A stretch of 33,050 bases of DNA from Jatrophihabitans sp. (GCA_004299665.1 SCQZ01000389.1:1-33050); one strand, 5' to 3'; shown: positions 20,036 through 28,176, numbered from the stretch's first letter. Notes: generated by a model not told the origin, from the sequence alone. Numbers and translations are program-made.

Positions 20036-20419
20036 ATGCCGATGAACGTGGAGCTCGTCTCGGTGGAGCGGCAGGTCTGGTCCGGCCAGGCCAAGGCCCT
20101 GTTCGGCCGCACGCCCGAGGGGGAACTGGGCATCCTGCCCGGTCACATCAACCTGCTGGGCGCGCTCACGCCGGGCTGGCCGGTGCGCATCGAGCGCGAG
20201 GACGCCCCGGACCTGAAGATCGCCGTCGACGGGGCGTTCCTGTCGGTGCGCAAGGACGGCGTGTCCGTGCTCGCCGAGCAGGCCGAGTTCGCCGCGGACG
20301 TCGACGTCGAACAGGCCCGTGCCGACCTGCATGCCGCCGAATCGGACTCCGGCGAGCACGCCGCGGCCGCGAGGGCGTGGGCGATGGCCCGGTTGCGGGC
20401 CGCCGGCGAATCCGTCTGA
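20036..20419 (+). CDS. atpC: F-type ATP synthase subunit epsilon
   Basis: 127 aa. The beta-sandwich-type N-terminus (VELVSVERQVWSGQAKALF...PEGELGILPGH) and its position after atpD fit epsilon. AAGGGG lies upstream. ATG 20042 is an alternative start. Confidence 0.9.
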   Translation: MPMNVELVSVERQVWSGQAKALFGRTPEGELGILPGHINLLGALTPGWPVRIEREDAPDLKIAVDGAFLSVRKDGVSVLAEQAEFAADVDVEQARADLHAAESDSGEHAAAARAWAMARLRAAGESV

Positions 20420-20440
20420 CGCACTGAGCGGACGCGGGCC

Positions 20441-20848
20441 ATGCACACTGTCGACGTCGTGGCGGTGTGCGCGGCCGGGATCGCGCTGGTCATCAGCGCG
20501 GCGATCCTGGCGCGGCAGCGGTACATGCTGCGGGTGGCCGGTGCCATCCCGCTCGCGGTCCGCACCAAGGGCAACCGGTGGCTGTACGGGGTGGCGCGGT
20601 ACGCCGACGGCCAGTTGCGGTGGTACCGCTCGCTCGGCCTGGCGACCCGGCCCACACGGCGGTTCGACCGCTCCCAGGTGCGCATCCGCTCGCACCGCCG
20701 GCCGCACCCGGCCGAGATCGGCTCGCTGCCGGCGACGGCCGTCGTCGTCGACTGCCTGGTCGCGGGCACACCGGTGTCGATCGCGCTGGGCGAGGATGCC
20801 TTCACCGGCTTCCTGTCCTGGATCGAGGCCTCCTCGCCCGCGGCGTGA
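20441..20848 (+). CDS. DUF2550-family protein (Rv1312-like), N-terminal TM helix, probably co-transcribed with the atp operon
   Basis: 135 aa with one N-terminal hydrophobic helix, then ...WLYGVARYADGQLRWYRS...FTGFLSWIE, as I remember for the conserved actinobacterial gene that follows atpC. 21-nt gap after atpC. Confidence 0.75.
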   Translation: MHTVDVVAVCAAGIALVISAAILARQRYMLRVAGAIPLAVRTKGNRWLYGVARYADGQLRWYRSLGLATRPTRRFDRSQVRIRSHRRPHPAEIGSLPATAVVVDCLVAGTPVSIALGEDAFTGFLSWIEASSPAA

Positions 20849-20850
20849 CG

Positions 20851-20867
20851 GCCCGGCGGCGCCGGGT
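20851..20867 (+). terminator. Short GC hairpin after the DUF2550 gene (possible end of the atp transcription unit)
   Basis: GCCCGGC-ggc-GCCGGGT (7-bp stem including one G-U pair) followed by GTAGATAT. Weak, with no long U-tract. Confidence 0.25.
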
Positions 20868-20880
20868 GTAGATATCGGGT

Positions 20881-21276
20881 ATGCCCACCGCACGCGCGCT
20901 GAGCCATGTGACCCTGACCGTGACCGACCTCGAGGCGAGCGTCGCGTGGTACGGGCGTGCCCTGGGCCTGGCGCGCGGCCCGGACATGAGTGGGCCGGGC
21001 TGGCGACGCACCCTGATGCTGGGACCCTCCGGGCTGGTGATCGGGCTGCAGGCACACGAGCGCACCGCGGCGTCGGACCGCTTCGACGAGGCACGCGTCG
21101 GCCTCGATCACCTGTCCATCGCCTGCGTCGACCGGGCCGAGGTGCAGGACTGGCTCACCGGCCTGGACGAACTGGGCGTCGCGCACAGCGCCGTCAGCGC
21201 CGAGCCCGCGAACGTCGCGACCTGTCGCGACCCGGACGGCATCGCGATCGAGTTCTTCGCTCCCCGCACCACCTGA
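20881..21276 (+). CDS. VOC (glyoxalase/bleomycin-resistance/dioxygenase) family protein
   Basis: LSHVTLTVTDLEASVAWYGRALGL... and ...GLDHLSIAC...DPDGIAIEFF are typical paired beta-alpha-beta-beta-beta VOC modules. Substrate unknown. Confidence 0.75.
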   Translation: MPTARALSHVTLTVTDLEASVAWYGRALGLARGPDMSGPGWRRTLMLGPSGLVIGLQAHERTAASDRFDEARVGLDHLSIACVDRAEVQDWLTGLDELGVAHSAVSAEPANVATCRDPDGIAIEFFAPRTT

Positions 21277-21283
21277 GGCGTGC

Positions 21284-21301
21284 CGTCAGGTTATCCTGAC
21301 G
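21284..21301. promoter_or_regulatory. Perfect 7-4-7 palindrome CGTCAGG-ttat-CCTGACG overlapping a TATCCT -10-like hexamer just upstream of the HTH-PASTA gene
   Basis: Arms at 21284-21290 and 21295-21301, read directly. TATCCT (21292-21297) lies 6 nt before ATG 21304. Operator or leaderless-promoter function is inferred only. Confidence 0.3.
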
Positions 21302-21303
21302 CC

Positions 21304-22026
21304 ATGCAGGAGGATCGCTGGAGCGCCGCGCGGGCCGCGCGCGAGCGGCTGGAGCGCTGGCTGGCCGGCGCGGAGGGCGCCGGCGGTACCGGCGGTACCG
21401 GCACTACCGATGGCACGGCGTCGCTGGATGCGCTCGGCGACGTCGCGGTGCTGCGCCACGCGCTGGACCTCGCGGAACTCGCAGCGGTCCGGGCGGCGCG
21501 TGCGGCCGGGAGGTCCTGGGCCGAGATCGCGACCATGCTCGGCATCACCCGCCAGTCGGCCTGGGAGAAGTGGCGGGACCTGGACGGCGAGGACGCGCCG
21601 CCGCCGGCCCGCGGGATGCGCGGCCAGGTCCAGGACGTGATCGGGCGGGCGGTGCACGGCCAGGTCGAGGAGATGATCGGCCGCGCGGCGGGGATGGCGC
21701 GCCGCCGCGGCACCGTCAGCGTCCCGAACGTCGTCGGCATGCGCTGGGAGCAGGCCCGCTCGGTGCTGCGCGGGTACGAACTCGTGGCGAGCGGCGCCGA
21801 CCCGGACGGGCCCGCCGATGCCGTCGTGGTCGACCAGAGCCCCGAATCCGGCGCGCGCGTCCCCGCCGGGTCGACGGTGCGCCTGTGGCTGGAGCGCGGC
21901 GGTGGCGGCGGGGTGCGTGAGCCGCGGCGGCCGAACCCGGTGCCGCGGGCAGGGCGGGCGATGCGCGAGGACCCCGGCGACGAGCCGTTGCGCACGTTGG
22001 TCAGGCCGACAGATCCAGCCGGCTGA
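21304..22026 (+). CDS. Helix-turn-helix plus PASTA domain protein with no predicted TM segment or signal peptide
   Basis: HTH-like RSWAEIATMLGITRQSAWEKW. PASTA-like VSVPNVVGMRWEQARSVLRGYELV...VVVDQSPESGARVPAGSTVRLWLERGG (nt 21712-21903). Start is ATG 21304 (leaderless model) or GTG 21280. Confidence 0.7.
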   Translation: MQEDRWSAARAARERLERWLAGAEGAGGTGGTGTTDGTASLDALGDVAVLRHALDLAELAAVRAARAAGRSWAEIATMLGITRQSAWEKWRDLDGEDAPPPARGMRGQVQDVIGRAVHGQVEEMIGRAAGMARRRGTVSVPNVVGMRWEQARSVLRGYELVASGADPDGPADAVVVDQSPESGARVPAGSTVRLWLERGGGGGVREPRRPNPVPRAGRAMREDPGDEPLRTLVRPTDPAG

Positions 22027-22546
22027 CGATCTCGTCGGCCAGGGCGGCCGGGTTGTCGCCGATCTCGACGCGGATCGCGTTCTCGTCCGGCTGGGGCTCC
22101 TCCAGCGCCGCGAACTGGGAGTCCAGCAGCGCGGCCGGCATGAAGTGCCCCTGCCGTGCGGCGAGCCGGTTCGCGATCTGCTCGCGGGTGCCGTGCAGGT
22201 AGACGAAGACGACCCCGTGAGCGACGCCTGCGGAGCGAGCCGTGTCGTCGCGCCGGATCACGTCCCGGTACCGGCGCTTGAGCGCCGAGCAGGTGATGAC
22301 ACCCCCGGAGCCCGTGTCGAGCCGCTCGTCCACCCAGACGGCGATCTTCTCCAGCCACGGCCACCGGTCGTCGTCGTCCAGCGGGTGGCCGCTGTGCATC
22401 TTCGCCACGTTCGCGGCCGGGTGGAAGTCGTCCCCCTCGGCGAACGGCCAGCCGAGCCGCCCGGCGAGCAGCGCGGCCACGGTGGACTTGCCGCAGCCGG
22501 ACACGCCCATGACGACGAGTACGGGCCTGCCGGCCGCGGTGCTCAC
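22001..22546 (-). CDS. gntK: Gluconokinase (thermoresistant GntK family)
   Basis: VVMGVSGCGKSTVA (P-loop), ...FAEGDDFHP..N..KM..G.PL.DDDRWPWL... and CSALKRRYRD align by eye along E. coli GntK. Start set at GTG 22546, which overlaps the upstream gene stop (GTGA). ATG 22567 is an alternative start. Confidence 0.85.
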   Translation of the reverse strand: MSTAAGRPVLVVMGVSGCGKSTVAALLAGRLGWPFAEGDDFHPAANVAKMHSGHPLDDDDRWPWLEKIAVWVDERLDTGSGGVITCSALKRRYRDVIRRDDTARSAGVAHGVVFVYLHGTREQIANRLAARQGHFMPAALLDSQFAALEEPQPDENAIRVEIGDNPAALADEIVSRLDLSA

Positions 22547-23115
22547 CGGGCCCCGCCCGGGACCCATTTCACGTCGCCGCCGGGGTTGGCCGTACGCGCC
22601 AGGATGAACAGCAGGTCCGAGAGCCGGTTGAGGTAGAGCAGCGCCTCGCGGTTGGTGTGCTCGGGGTCCGCGTCGAAGAGCGCCCAGGCGCTGCGTTCGG
22701 CCCGGCGGGCGAGCGTGCGAGCCTGGTGCAGCAGCGCGGCGCCCGCGGTGCCGCCAGGCAGGATGAAGCTGTCCAGCTTCGCCAGCGCGGCGTTGAACTC
22801 GTCACACCAGCGCTCGAGCCGGGCGGTGTACTCCGGCAGGACGCGCAACGGGGGCCACTTGGGCTCCGGTACCACGGGGGTGCACAGGTCCGCCCCCACG
22901 TCGAACAGGTCGTTCTGGATGGTCGTCAGGACCGTGCTGACCCGCTCCGGGAGGTTGCCCAGGGCCAGGGCGGCGCCGATCGCCGCGTTCGTCTCGTCGC
23001 AGTCCGCGTAGGCCCCGACCCGAGGATCGGTCTTGCGCACGCGGGACATGTCCCCGAGCGCCGTCGTGCCGTTGTCACCGGTCTTGGTGTAGATCCGCGT
23101 CAGGTGTACCGCCAC
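22543..23115 (-). CDS. ATP:cob(I)alamin adenosyltransferase, PduO type
   Basis: IYTKTGDNGTT motif near the N-terminus and the helical-bundle remainder (...LNRLSDLLFILAR). GTG 23115 is preceded by GGAGGAA. Same position and orientation as Rv1314c next to murA. The 552-aa ORF-track extension is antisense to murA and is rejected. Confidence 0.9.
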   Translation of the reverse strand: MAVHLTRIYTKTGDNGTTALGDMSRVRKTDPRVGAYADCDETNAAIGAALALGNLPERVSTVLTTIQNDLFDVGADLCTPVVPEPKWPPLRVLPEYTARLERWCDEFNAALAKLDSFILPGGTAGAALLHQARTLARRAERSAWALFDADPEHTNREALLYLNRLSDLLFILARTANPGGDVKWVPGGAR

Positions 23116-23142
23116 TGTTCCTCCAGGTTGCTCCGCACCCGG

Positions 23143-23152
23143 ACGATAGCCT
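23143..23152. promoter_or_regulatory. Back-to-back -10-like hexamers in the 43-nt divergent spacer: TAGCCT (+, 23147-23152) and TATCGT (-, 23148-23143)
   Basis: Both fit TANNNT. The plus-strand hexamer is 6 nt from murA GTG 23159, which has no SD. The minus-strand hexamer would give a leader of about 20 nt containing the GGAGGAA of the adenosyltransferase gene. Inferred only. Confidence 0.25.
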
Positions 23153-23158
23153 GAACGG

Positions 23159-24433
23159 GTGCAGGTGCTGCGGGTGGCGGGTGGTGCCCGCCTCGCCGGC
23201 GAGGTCGAGGTCGTCGGTGCCAAGAACAGCGTCCTGAAGCTCATGGCCGCCGCACTGCTCGCGCCCGGGACCACCGTGCTCGGCAACCTGCCCGAGATCT
23301 CCGACGTCACGATCATGAACGAGCTGCTGCTGCGCCTCGGGTGCGAGGTCGGGGCGTGCGAGCGGCCCGACGAGATCGCCGTCAAAGTCCCGGACCTGCC
23401 GCGGCACGAGGCGCCGTACGAGCTGGTGCGCAAGATCCGGGGATCGATCTGCGTGTTGGGGCCGCTGCTCGCCCGGACCGGGCGCGCCCGGGTGGCCATG
23501 CCCGGCGGCGACGCGATCGGCTCGCGGCCGCTGGACATGCACTTCGCCGGCCTGGAGAAGATGGGGACCCGCATCGACATCGAGCACGGGTACATCGTGG
23601 CCGAGGCCCCGCGGCTGCGGGGCGCCCCGATCTGGCTCGACTTCCCGAGTGTCGGCGCCACCGAGAACATCCTCACCGCCGCGGTCCTGGCGCAGGGCAC
23701 GACGGTGATCGACAACGCGGCACGCGAACCGGAGATCATCGACCTGTGCCGGATGCTGGTCGCGATGGGGGCCCGCATCGAGGGCATCGGCACCTCGACG
23801 CTGGAGGTCGTCGGCGTCGACGCGCTGCACCCCGTCAACCACCGCGCGGTGGCCGATCGCATCGTCACCGGCACCTGGGCCATCGCGGCCGTGGCCACCC
23901 GCGGGGACGTGCTGATCCGCGGGGGCGATGCCTCGCACCTGCAGATCGCCCTGGACAAACTGGCGGGGGCGGGCGCGAGCGTGGAGGCCGGTCCCGGGTT
24001 CGTGCGGGTCGCGATGGGCGAGCAGGCACGGTCCTTCGACGTGGTCACGCTGCCGTACCCGGGTTTCCCGACCGATCTGCAGCCGCAGGCGATCGCCCTG
24101 CTGTCGGTCTCCGACGGCACCGCGATGATCACCGAGAACCTGTTCGAGGCCCGGTTCATGTTCTGCGACGAGATCGCCCGGATGGGCGCGGACGTGCGCA
24201 CCGACGGCCATCACGCCGTCGTGCGCGGCCGGCCGCGCCTCTCGGGTGCGCCGGTGCGGGCCACCGACATCCGGGCGGGCGTGGGGCTGGTCATCGCCGC
24301 CCTGGTGGCGGAGGGGACCACCGAGATCGCGGGGGTGCCGCACATCGACCGCGGCTACGTGCGGCTCGAGGAGCAGTTGCGGGCCCTGGGCGCGGACGCG
24401 GTGCGGGTGGAGTCGGGCACCTTCGACGGTTAG
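23159..24433 (+). CDS. murA: UDP-N-acetylglucosamine 1-carboxyvinyltransferase
   Basis: [18 protein letters not shown] and the active-site loop [13 protein letters not shown] (Asp at 23510-23512 where E. coli has Cys115), with full-length family resemblance. GTG 23165 is an alternative start. Confidence 0.95.
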   Translation: MQVLRVAGGARLAGEVEVVGAKNSVLKLMAAALLAPGTTVLGNLPEISDVTIMNELLLRLGCEVGACERPDEIAVKVPDLPRHEAPYELVRKIRGSICVLGPLLARTGRARVAMPGGDAIGSRPLDMHFAGLEKMGTRIDIEHGYIVAEAPRLRGAPIWLDFPSVGATENILTAAVLAQGTTVIDNAAREPEIIDLCRMLVAMGARIEGIGTSTLEVVGVDALHPVNHRAVADRIVTGTWAIAAVATRGDVLIRGGDASHLQIALDKLAGAGASVEAGPGFVRVAMGEQARSFDVVTLPYPGFPTDLQPQAIALLSVSDGTAMITENLFEARFMFCDEIARMGADVRTDGHHAVVRGRPRLSGAPVRATDIRAGVGLVIAALVAEGTTEIAGVPHIDRGYVRLEEQLRALGADAVRVESGTFDG

Positions 24434-25197
24434 GCCGTCGCGACCGGCTCGGCGGTGCGGCGGATGCGGATGTCGTGCCACCAGCGCGCTCCGGCGAGCG
24501 CGACGAAGTAGGCGCTGCCGACGTAGAGCATCACCCGGACGAAGTAGTGGTGGTGCGGGTACAGGATCGTGCCGATCGCCACCCCGCCGATCAAGCACGT
24601 CGCGCCGAGGACCGTGTACCGCCGGCCCCAGCGTGCCCGGGCGATGTGCGGGTACGGCATGTTGGTCAGGCACAGCACGGACAGCACGAGCGTGATGACC
24701 GCCCCCACCCAGGTGCGCGCCTCCATGAGGAACATCACCGGGACCACGATGTTCCACGCGGCGGGGAACCCCCGGAACCAGTTGTCCGCCGTCATCATGT
24801 CCTTGCGCGCGAACCACAGCGCGGAGGTGAAGACCATCACGCACAGCACGAACACGCCGAAGTTGTTCTGCGGGACCAGCCGGAACTCCCACATGAACGC
24901 GGCGGGAACGATCACGCACGCGACGTAGTCGATGATCAGGTCGAGCAGGAAGCCGTCGATGCGCGGCACCCGCCGCTCGACCTCCAGCGCGCGGGCGATC
25001 GGACCGTCGACGCCGTCGATGAGTAGCGTGAACAGCAGCCAGACGATGGCGAAGTCCGGGTGCCCGGCGAGTACGTCGCGCAAGGCCAGCATCGAGGCCA
25101 CGATGCCCAGCGCGGTGAACACGTGCACGGCCCAGGCCTGGCGGACCTGCGCGGCCGTGTAGCCCGGTTCGGGGGCGTACGGGGTTCCGGATTCCAC
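24430..25197 (-). CDS. pcs: CDP-alcohol phosphatidyltransferase family protein resembling phosphatidylcholine synthase (Pcs)
   Basis: Motif [31 protein letters not shown] (DG..AR...G...D...D), plus FRGFPAAWN and an overall eight-helix layout of about 255 aa like rhizobial Pcs as I remember it. Start set at GTG 25197. The upstream part of the 298-aa ORF is lower-GC, intergenic-looking, and collides with the meaA start. Confidence 0.65.
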   Translation of the reverse strand: MESGTPYAPEPGYTAAQVRQAWAVHVFTALGIVASMLALRDVLAGHPDFAIVWLLFTLLIDGVDGPIARALEVERRVPRIDGFLLDLIIDYVACVIVPAAFMWEFRLVPQNNFGVFVLCVMVFTSALWFARKDMMTADNWFRGFPAAWNIVVPVMFLMEARTWVGAVITLVLSVLCLTNMPYPHIARARWGRRYTVLGATCLIGGVAIGTILYPHHHYFVRVMLYVGSAYFVALAGARWWHDIRIRRTAEPVATA

Positions 25198-25204
25198 TCC
25201 TGCG

Positions 25205-25272
25205 ACCCTATGCGAAGTGGGCCACAGTCGGTTACTTACGGGTAGGTACCGGACCGGGTGTCGAAATAGACT
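25205..25272. promoter_or_regulatory. Divergent promoter region: TAGGGT (-, 25210-25205) for the pcs-like gene and TAGACT (+, 25267-25272) for meaA
   Basis: A lower-GC 115-bp spacer. Both hexamers fit TANNNT. TAGGGT lies 7 nt from GTG 25197. TAGACT would give a leader of about 35 nt carrying GAGGTGA before ATG 25313. No TSS data. Confidence 0.3.
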
Positions 25273-25312
25273 CTCCTCACACCGTGCGTCGCCGACCTCG
25301 CGAGGTGAACCC

Positions 25313-27298
25313 ATGCCGTTCCCCACCGACGACCAGCGCGACCGGCCCTGGCTGATGCGGACCTACGCGGGGCACTCCTCGCCCGCACAGTCCAACGCGC
25401 TGTACCGCCGCAACCTGGCCAAGGGGCAGACGGGGTTGTCGGTCGCGTTCGACCTGCCGACCCAGACCGGCTACGACCCCGACGCCGAACTCGCGCGCGG
25501 CGAGGTCGGCAAGGTGGGGGTCCCGGTCTCGCACATCGGGGACCTGCGGGCGCTGTTCGACGGCATCCCGCTCGAGCAGATGAACACCTCGATGACGATC
25601 AACGCGCCGGCGATGTACCTGCTCGCGCTGTACCTCGCCGTCGCGCGGGAGCAGGGCGCCGACCTGGCCTCGCTGGCCGGCACCACGCAGAACGACATCA
25701 TCAAGGAGTACCTGTCGCGGGGGACCTACGTCTTCCCTCCGGCCCCGTCGTTGCGGCTGATCACCGACATGATCGCCTACACCGTCGCGAACGTGCCGAA
25801 GTGGAATCCGATCAACGTGTGCAGCTACCACCTGCAGGAGGCGGGCGCGACACCGGTGCAGGAGGTCGCGTTCACGCTGTGCACCGCGATCGCCGTGCTG
25901 GACTCGGTGCGGGACTCCGGTCAGGTGCCGCCGGAGCAGTTCGGCGAGGTGGTGGCGCGGATCTCGTTCTTCGTCAACGCCGGGGTGCGCTTCGTCGAGG
26001 AGATGTGCAAGCTGCGCGCCTTCGGCGAACTGTGGGACGAACTCACGCGGGAGCGGTACGGCGTCGCCGATGCGCGGCAGCGGCGCTTCCGGTACGGCGT
26101 GCAGGTCAACTCGCTGGGGCTGACCGAGGCGCAGCCGGAGAACAACGTCTACCGCATCCTGCTGGAGATGCTGGCCGTGACGATGTCGAGGGACGCCCGG
26201 GCCCGTGCGGTGCAACTCCCGGCGTGGAACGAGGCGCTCGGGCTGCCCCGGCCCTGGGACCAGCAGTGGTCGCTGCGGATGCAGCAGGTGCTGGCCTTCG
26301 AGTCGGACCTGCTCGAGTACGACGACCTGTTCGCCGGGTCGCCCGTCGTCGCCGCCAAGGTCGAACAGATCAAGACCGGGGCACGCGCCGAGATCGAGCG
26401 GATCCTGCAGATGGGCGGCGCGGTGGCGGCCGTCGAGTCCGGTTACCTCAAGTCCGCGTTGGTGTCCGCGCTGGCGCTGCGGCGGCGCCGCATCGAGTCC
26501 GGCGAGGACGTCGTCGTCGGGGTGAACAGGTACACCGAGAGCGAGCCCAACCCGCTCGTCGGCGGCACCGACGGTGGCATCCTCACCGTCGACCCGGCTG
26601 TCGAGGAGGCGGCGAAGGCCGCCATCGCCGACTGGCGCGCGGCGCGCGACGCTGCCGCGGCCGACGCGGCGCTCACGGCGCTGCGGGACGCCGCCAAGAC
26701 CGACGAGAACCTGATGCCCGCCACGCTCGCGTGCGTCACGGCCGGCGTGACGATCGGCGAGTGGTCGGGGGTGCTGCGCGAGGTGTTCGGCGAGTACCGG
26801 CCGCCGACCGGCGTCGCCGCGGCCTCCGGCGGCGGGCACGAGGGGTCGCTCACCGCGGTCCAGCAGCGGGTGCGCGCGCTGGGCGAGCGGCTGGGGCGGC
26901 CGCTGAAGTTCCTGGTCGGCAAGCCCGGCCTGGACGGGCACTCCAACGGCGCCGAGCAGATCGCGGTGCGGGCCCGGGACGCCGGCTTCGAGGTCGTGTA
27001 CTCCGGGATCCGGCTCACGCCGGCCCAGATCGTGAACGCGGCCGTCGAGGAGGACGTCGACGTCGTCGGGCTCTCGGTGCTGTCCGGCTCGCACCTGTCG
27101 GTCGTTCCGGACGTCCTGGACGGGCTGCGGGAAGCCGGCCTGGACGACGTCCCGGTGGTGGTGGGCGGCATCATCCCCGACGCCGACGCGGAACGCCTGC
27201 GGGCCGCCGGGGTCGCGCGGGTGTTCACGCCGAAGGACTTCGCGATCAGCGACGTGCTGGGCCAGATCGTCGACGCCATCGAGGCCGCCCGCGCCTGA
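25313..27298 (+). CDS. meaA: Ethylmalonyl-CoA mutase (MeaA/Ecm; fused AdoCbl-dependent acyl-CoA mutase)
   Basis: [14 protein letters not shown]...[31 protein letters not shown]...[12 protein letters not shown] closely matches the Streptomyces MeaA N-terminus as I recall it. C-terminal B12-binding domain with GLDGHSNG (DxHxxG). 661 aa, single chain. ORF-track start 25217 is rejected. Confidence 0.88.
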   Translation: MPFPTDDQRDRPWLMRTYAGHSSPAQSNALYRRNLAKGQTGLSVAFDLPTQTGYDPDAELARGEVGKVGVPVSHIGDLRALFDGIPLEQMNTSMTINAPAMYLLALYLAVAREQGADLASLAGTTQNDIIKEYLSRGTYVFPPAPSLRLITDMIAYTVANVPKWNPINVCSYHLQEAGATPVQEVAFTLCTAIAVLDSVRDSGQVPPEQFGEVVARISFFVNAGVRFVEEMCKLRAFGELWDELTRERYGVADARQRRFRYGVQVNSLGLTEAQPENNVYRILLEMLAVTMSRDARARAVQLPAWNEALGLPRPWDQQWSLRMQQVLAFESDLLEYDDLFAGSPVVAAKVEQIKTGARAEIERILQMGGAVAAVESGYLKSALVSALALRRRRIESGEDVVVGVNRYTESEPNPLVGGTDGGILTVDPAVEEAAKAAIADWRAARDAAAADAALTALRDAAKTDENLMPATLACVTAGVTIGEWSGVLREVFGEYRPPTGVAAASGGGHEGSLTAVQQRVRALGERLGRPLKFLVGKPGLDGHSNGAEQIAVRARDAGFEVVYSGIRLTPAQIVNAAVEEDVDVVGLSVLSGSHLSVVPDVLDGLREAGLDDVPVVVGGIIPDADAERLRAAGVARVFTPKDFAISDVLGQIVDAIEAARA

Positions 27299-27303
27299 CG
27301 CCC

Positions 27304-27355
27304 GAAGTTGTCCGCGCCTCGCCACCGCATCCGGTGGCGAGGCGCGGACAACTTC
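27304..27355 (+). terminator. Perfect 24-bp stem with 4-nt loop immediately after meaA (candidate U-tract-less terminator or insulator)
   Basis: GAAGTTGTCCGCGCCTCGCCACCG (27304-27327), loop catc, CGGTGGCGAGGCGCGGACAACTTC (27332-27355), verified base by base. It starts 6 nt after the meaA stop and ends 25 nt before the nucS start. Confidence 0.5.
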
Positions 27356-27380
27356 CGGGGGCGCTGAGATACTTCCGGGC

Positions 27381-28040
27381 GTGCGGCTCGTCATCGCCCG
27401 GTGCAGCGTGGACTACGTGGGGCGCCTGACGGCGCACCTGCCGCTCGCGACCCGGTTGCTGCTCGTCAAGGCCGACGGGTCGGTGCTGGTGCACTCGGAC
27501 GGCGGGTCTTACAAGCCGCTGAACTGGATGAGCCCGCCGTGTTCGCTGGTGGAGTCCGAGGGCAACTGGACGGTGACGAACAAGACGGGCGAGCAACTGA
27601 TCATCACGATGGAGCGCATCGAGCACGACTCCGCGCACGACCTCGGGCTCGATCCCGGCCTCGTCAAGGACGGTGTCGAGGCCCACCTGCAGAAGTTGCT
27701 GGCCGAGCAGATCTCCACGCTCGGGGAGGGCTACCGGCTGGTCCGCCGGGAGTTCCCGACCGCGATCGGCCCCGTGGACATCATGTGCCGCGATGCCGAG
27801 GGCGTCGCGGTGGCTGTGGAGATCAAGCGGCGCGGTGAGATCGACGGCGTCGAGCAGCTCACCCGCTACCTGGACCTGCTCAACCGGGACCCGCTGCTGG
27901 CGCCCGTCCGCGGCGTGTTCGCGGCCCAGGAGATCAAGCCGCAGGCCCGCACCCTCGCCGAGGATCGCGGCATCACCTGCGTGGTGCTCGACTACGCGGC
28001 GCTGCGCGGCGCCGACGACGTCGAGGACCGGCTGTTCTGA
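27381..28040 (+). CDS. nucS: Endonuclease NucS (EndoMS), non-canonical mismatch repair nuclease
   Basis: [21 protein letters not shown]...[15 protein letters not shown]...YKPLNWM and the C-terminal RecB-like nuclease motifs (...GPVDIMCRD...VAVEIKRR...) are typical NucS. The Rv1321 equivalent. Confidence 0.92.
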   Translation: MRLVIARCSVDYVGRLTAHLPLATRLLLVKADGSVLVHSDGGSYKPLNWMSPPCSLVESEGNWTVTNKTGEQLIITMERIEHDSAHDLGLDPGLVKDGVEAHLQKLLAEQISTLGEGYRLVRREFPTAIGPVDIMCRDAEGVAVAVEIKRRGEIDGVEQLTRYLDLLNRDPLLAPVRGVFAAQEIKPQARTLAEDRGITCVVLDYAALRGADDVEDRLF

Positions 28041-28176
28041 CACGCGAGGATGCCGGCGGGTGAGGCGCAGGCCACAGCCCCTCGGTTAGGGCCGGTGGCG
28101 CGTGCCCGGCAGACTGGGCGCAAGCACTCGGGGCGCACGACGGGATGCGACCGATCCGATCCGCAGGAGGACGTTG

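Noticed and set aside
24434-25312. Expectation of an rRNA operon or other RNA gene downstream of murA, as in M. tuberculosis
   Set aside because: The region is fully accounted for by a minus-strand CDP-alcohol phosphatidyltransferase ORF and a 115-bp divergent spacer. No rRNA- or tRNA-like sequence is visible anywhere in the window.
25198-25312. Cobalamin riboswitch upstream of the AdoCbl-dependent mutase meaA
   Set aside because: The spacer is only 115 bp and is shared with a divergent gene. I could not find a B12-box-like conserved core or the required multi-stem architecture. B12-dependent enzymes are also not the usual riboswitch targets.
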